64,000 bases of DNA from the human T2T-CHM13v2.0 reference genome, Homo sapiens: the NCBI RefSeq assembly GCF_009914755.1, contig NC_060943.1. One strand, given 5' to 3'. How positions within the stretch are numbered: position 1 is the stretch's first letter; the number at the start of each line of letters is the position of its first letter. Positions 56,861-64,000 of this stretch are shown in pieces. Made by a program: the position numbers and the translations under genes. The notes beneath the pieces were generated by a model. It was not told where the DNA came from. It worked only from the letters and a program-made list of their open reading frames with translations, and did no database searches.

Positions 56861-57629
56861 GTGAATAAGTGAAAAGCAGCTCTGAATGAGAAAGCCACAT
56901 GAGAGTTGTTCAGTGAAGGGTTGATATCATTTCACAATTTCCAAGATTTTCTTAAAGGCCTTATTCTTCTAGAGTGACAAATGGGATGGAGTGCTTTAGA
57001 TTACTGTGACATTTCTAGGTATTATTCTTCCTATTTTGCAGATATTTTCCTCTTTTAAATTGTAGAGGGCCAGTAGCCCTATCCAATTTCATAATACCAA
57101 CCTTCCCTAATTCATTCACAGCTTCACTTTCAGGATTATTGTTCCTCTCTCTATGATCCTTGGGCACTCTCTTTCCTTTATGTTTATGGTTTCATTTTCT
57201 TATGCATTCAGTATTTCATGGTTGTGTAGTAATTTTAAAACATGTTTCACACTTAGGTTTCTTTTCATTTCTTTCCTTCTTTCTTTTTTAAAAAGCCTTA
57301 GATTTGTGTTTGGTTAACAATAGTTTCACTTCCCATTGTGCTTCACAACCCTCACAATCCCATGGCTTAGAAATGTAAAAGTTTCTGGCTTAGAAATCCC
57401 ATGGCATCTCCTTTCTGCTTATTCCTGCCTTCCATTCCTTTAATTTTTTTGAAACTACATGAGGTCCATCCTTGGTTAAAAAGATATAACCAATGTAACC
57501 AATATTATACCTATAATACCAATATTATACCTTTTGTGCAAAAGTAAATCTTCCTCTTATCCTGGACATGGTCCCTTCCTTTCCACAGTTGCATACACTT
57601 CTTTTTTGGAGTTATCCTGGCTATTTTTG

Positions 57630-58115
57630 ATTATTTATTTTACCATATGAATTTTAGACTAAACTGTCTATTTCCAGAGAAAAACCTGTTGGAATTTTTA
57701 TTGGGATTGTGCTAAATATATAAATTAACTTTCAGAAATTTAACATCCTTTTAATGCCAATGTTTTCTGTCTAAGAACACACACTGTCTTTGTTCAGATT
57801 TTCATATCTACTTCTGTGTCCTTTAGAAATGGAGCTTTCCAAGTTTTCCCATTGTTGCTTTTATACATTTCACTATAATAATGGGTAAGAAAGCTATAAA
57901 ACCATCCTTATTTACAGATAATGAGATTGTATCCCTAGAAAACACAAGCAAACCAATTGAGAAAGTACAACAAATAGTAACAGAACTCAGTGAGGTGGTA
58001 GGATATCAAATTAACAAAGAAAAATCAATAGCTTTCATATATACTTCAACAACCAAGTAGAAGATACTAAGGAAAGAAAACTACATTTATAGTAGTAAGA
58101 ACAAAGATGAAATAC
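57630..58115. mobile_element. Old L1 ORF2 fragments in inverted arrangement
   Basis: Antisense piece 57630-57870 abuts sense piece 57900-58115. Confidence 0.6.
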
Positions 58116-59114
58116 TCTTCTGGGCATGGATATATAACAGTATACCAAACAAAATCCTGTCTTTATGAGCTTATAATTTAATGGAAACTAGAGTCCCTGA
58201 GGTTTTGCATATGGGAAAATATCTTTTTAACCTTTACATTTGGTTGATAGTTGGCTGTGTGTAAAATTCTTGAACCATACTTTCTTTTCCAAAGAGTTTT
58301 ACAGACAGTTACCTGAGGGATTTAGACAATTCTCTGTTGTTTCCTAGATTCAAATGTTGCTTGGAGAAGTCTGAAGCCTGATTATTTCCCCTCATAGGTG
58401 ACTTATTTTCCAGGATGCCTATAGGTTTCTTTTTCTTTAAAGCTTAAGTGGCTTTATGAGGCTATGCCTTGGAATTGATCAATCAGTATCAGTTTTTCCT
58501 TTCAGCTTGTGGATTCATGATTTTTGTTCCTTGAAATGTCGTCATATAGATTTCATGCTCGTTTCTTTTGTGGTTATCATTGTCATCTTTCGATGAAGGT
58601 ATTTCCTGCTGTAGCCACTGTTTACAGAAGGATAGTGTTGAAGACTGTCCAGAAAAATACTCTGAGTTGGTAAGAAGTCTCTATACCTCACACTGACCTC
58701 CTTTATCATACAAGGTTTTGTGTTGAGAGTTGGTTTACCCTTTCATTCTCCCAAGTTAAAGAGAGATTATTATTTGCATACTTCCTCTAGAACTCAGTGT
58801 CTCTTCCATCTTCCTATGCTAACAAACTGCTTATATAAGAATACTGGCTGTTTGCATCTCTTTGTTCAGCCCTGCCTTTGTACCATTTGTCAGGGCCAGA
58901 TGAAGTCCATTCTGTACCTGCCACAATTTCAAGACATCTGGCAAAAAAATGACTCATTCATTCTGCCCACAAGGGGGTGCCTCTGTTTTAGAGAACTCTG
59001 TTCCCTGTACTTTTTGTTGGAGATAAGAAACGGGAACTGCTATCTCTGGGTTTCTTCCCTGCCTAATCCAGTCTATTTTCTGTTCTTTCCTCCTATTCTG
59101 GGGATGGAGTTTAG

Positions 59115-59661
<547 letters not shown>

Positions 59662-61594
59662 TGAAATATCTTTTACATGACTTCTTTCTCATCTCTCACT
59701 GGACATCACCCAAAGTAGTTCTGAATTACAATAGACTTCTTTTTCCTCAGAGTACCTTCATGCTATATCTGTGTTCATGCTATTAAATAGGTATTTAACT
59801 CTAGAAATGACAGCATTGGAATATGTATCTTTAATGCCTCCAGAATTTTGAAACTCTTCATATCTCTGCCATTAATTATGAGTGCTCTTACCTAAATTCT
59901 AGCAGTTATTTAACTTTAATATCATTTTCTAATAAATGGTCCTCAATATTTCCAGCCTACATTGGTCTTGCCCATCTCTCAACTAACATTCTATTACACG
60001 TCTACCAGAGTGGTTGGAATCTGAAAACATATACTATCTTCTACATGTTTTCATATTTTGATGTCTAACACTTGTTTATTAGTCCACCTGGAGAAAGAAA
60101 ACTTTTATTCTTCCTATAAATGAGTCATGATTGATGTAGAGCTATATTTGGGAAGATTTTTCTTATTTTTGGTTGTTTTAAAATATTTACCTACAGATTT
60201 CAAAATAAACGTGGAAGAAATCAGGCTAGAGTTAGAAAGACAGGGCATAGTCACATGAGATAGTGTTGAATGTTAAATTGCATGTGAAGTGTCTATTTAG
60301 TAAATGAGTAAACCAGACAACACCTAGAAAGTTTTAAGAGAAGGGCTGTAGAAGGAGTAACAAGATTGAGGCTTTCTTTTTCTTTTTGATAAGAGCTTGG
60401 CATTGAAGCCATTTTCCTGTAAGATCTATAGCTTATTTAGACTTATTAAAAATTAGAAAACATAACAAAATGTTTGGAAAGTAAAATTAGCGTGTCTGTT
60501 TGGGGGGTAAAATTAGAAACATGGCCTGATTAGAGGAGAGAAGATTGTAAGAGATTAGTGAAATCAAGGATGAGTTTTCCATTGTAGAGTCAGAAAGTTC
60601 TGAATTTTGCTAGCATTCATGTTCTCTTTTGCTGTCTTTTATTTTTAAAATTTTGTTGTCAATTTAGTTTATTTTTTCCCCTCTTTAATCACTGAAGCTA
60701 TAGTTTTGCCCTGTGCATGGTGGCAGCAAGGTTACAATGGTCAATTATAAGCAGGGGTTTATAAGATAAACAGAATATGAAGGTTAAAACACATCTAGTT
60801 ATCTGAATTTTAAGTTACCCACAGCTGATGGAACTCCAGGGGCGTGGAAAACCATTGTAGAACTAATGATGTAGGAATGTTATCATTTTGGGTGATGGTA
60901 TGAAAGAAAAAAGTCAAAACACAATGGAATTTGATATAAAGGCAGTTTCAGTGTGGAGAAATAAACATAGGATAAGATGATAGGACCTGCTGTTAACACA
61001 CTGTGGTGAATCAAAGATGGCTTGCCTCCTGATCAGCTTTATACTTTTTATTCAATAAAATTAGACCTTCCTATTTCTAATATGCCTTGTTCTTTAAGCA
61101 CATATAAAAATGAATCACAATTAGATGGAAAGTTGGAGCTCTCTCCATATTTATTACCAATTTTGGATCGTATTTAGTTTGGACAGACTAATCTTCAAGT
61201 ATGTTTAGATAGAAATAAAGGAATTTGAACTTTATGAAAATTAATTTGCCTGTGGTATGCAGACTGCACAAAAGATAGACTTGTCAGGATCATGACAGTT
61301 AATCTAGGCAAAAGTAATGAGAACTTGGGTTATCATTTGTTTCTCTTAACCTAATGTAGCTGTTATTATTTCTCATGCCATTTCTTTCCCTTTTAATATG
61401 CATTTTTAGTTTTTTCAAAGTATACCTTATACATTACTTGTTTTAGAGAGCCAGTAGAAATGTCAGATTATAGCAGTGCTGTGCTCTGACCTCACATTTC
61501 ACCTCCTTTAGTCAATTATTTTTGACTTTTTTTAACTATCTCTTTTGTTGTCGACCTACGTATTTTGAAACAAATGTTTATACTGCTCTGTAAA

Positions 61595-61879
61595 TTTTTT
61601 TTTTTTTTTTTGAGACAGAGTCTTGCTGTTGTTGCCCAGGCTGGAGTGCAATGGCGTGATCTTTGCTCACTGCAGCTCTGCCTCCTGGGTTCAAGTGATT
61701 CTCCTGCCTCAGCCTGCCAAGTAACTGGGATCACAGGCATACACCACCACGCCCGGCTAATTTTTTGTATTTAGTAGAGATGGGGTTTCACCATGTTAGT
61801 CAGGCTAGTCTCGAACTCCTGACTCACCTCGGTCTCCCAAAGTGCTGGGATTACAGGCGTGCACCACCGCACCCAGTCT
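61595..61879 (-). mobile_element. AluS
   Basis: Full-length Alu with a small deletion. Confidence 0.88.
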
Positions 61880-61929
61880 GTAAATGTTTCTGTAGTCATT
61901 TTCAAACATAAGAATAGAGAGATAAAGGA

Positions 61930-62286
<357 letters not shown>

Positions 62287-63185
62287 TTACCGACATTTTC
62301 TTAGATTTGTTTACTCTGTTTCTCTCTTACCCCCACTCCAGTTTTGTTTTGTTTTTTTGCTGAACTACTTTACCTTTTCTTTTAAATACTACCATATGTA
62401 TTGCCAAGAGATTTGTTTAATCCTGCAATATTTCTAACACACCTAACAACATTAGTAATAATTTCTTACTATCATCTTCTACTTAGTCTCTGTTATATAT
62501 TTCATTGTGTCAAGAATGTTGTTTATGGTTGGTTTATTTGAATCAGGATCCAAATAAAATCTGCACATTCTTAGTTCACAGACTATACAAAAGCAGGCTG
62601 TGGGTATAGTTTGCCAACCCCTGCTCTAGATGTACCTTATTCTGGATTTGCCATTTGACCTCCTTGTGGTGGTGTTTGACATGCTTCTTTATCCCATTTT
62701 TCCTATAATCTGGCTTTATTCAATGCAGATTCAAATCTTTGGCAAGTATACCTCATAGGTGATGCTGTGTACATCCTATTGCATCTTATGTCAGTTTGTC
62801 CCACTTACAGACATAATTGAGATTGATCAGTAGATTCATGTATTGTCAGGCCAAATCCTCCTATTTCAGTGATCTCTGTCAACCTTTCACTTAAGGGTTT
62901 TAGCACCTATTGACCATCATAGCCTAGATCCATTATTTTCTTAGAGCGTCTTTCACTTTTATTAGCTGAAATTCTCCCAAAGAGAAAAACTCTCTCATTA
63001 ACTATTTGATTGCACTGAAATACAGTTTCTCAGGCCAGGAAAAAGAAATACTCTTTCTCTTCAAAAGCTTTTAGAATAATGATTGGTGTCCTAGAGGTTT
63101 CCAAAATTTGTCAAGTTAAATCATTATAAATTTATGTAATTTGAGCATCAGAATATATTATAGGCATATAAATATTTTTCATATA

Positions 63186-63492
<307 letters not shown>

Positions 63493-63683
63493 TAATACTC
63501 AAATTGTCTCATCTTGAGCAAGAGGGATCTTTAGTTAATCTTGTAAGTTTCCCGCTCCAGACATGGAAATAGCCATTTCTTTAAAAACTTTTGCCTCTTT
63601 TAGCAGGAAATGATATTGTGGAGACTGCAGTCTGAGGATTATGGTTGCTCTTTAATACTGAGTTATTGGTTCTATAGCTTTTA

Positions 63684-64000
<317 letters not shown>

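Overview
Primate (very likely human) genomic DNA from a KRAB zinc-finger gene cluster; the proteins match my recollection of ZNF829 and ZNF568 at 19q13.12. Two genes sit head-to-head on one CpG-island promoter (~35.5-36.3 kb). On the minus strand is a complete KRAB-A/B + 10 C2H2 gene (ZNF829): 5 coding exons of 38+58+127+96+980 = 1299 nt, 432 aa. On the plus strand is the 5' half of ZNF568 (ATG exon, 59-nt exon, KRAB-A, KRAB-B); its finger exon lies beyond the window. The rest is intron/UTR packed with transposons: ~44 Alus, many L1 remnants, MER21 and MLT1 LTRs, Tigger3/Tigger4/MER1/MER2/MER58 DNA elements and MIRs, plus an RPL31 processed pseudogene. I found no convincing new multi-gene system. 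The best oddities are small. (1) A ~200-bp TSD-flanked copy of an internal coding segment resembling HECTD4, with an A8-T11 tail, ~300 nt upstream of the ZNF829 finger exon. (2) A 115-bp locally templated duplication spanning an Alu/LTR junction. (3) A chimeric Alu marking a multi-kb L1 deletion. (4) A very young AluY nested in an older Alu. Coding exon coordinates were counted from splice sites. Repeat boundaries are approximate and subfamily names come from memory, not from a search.
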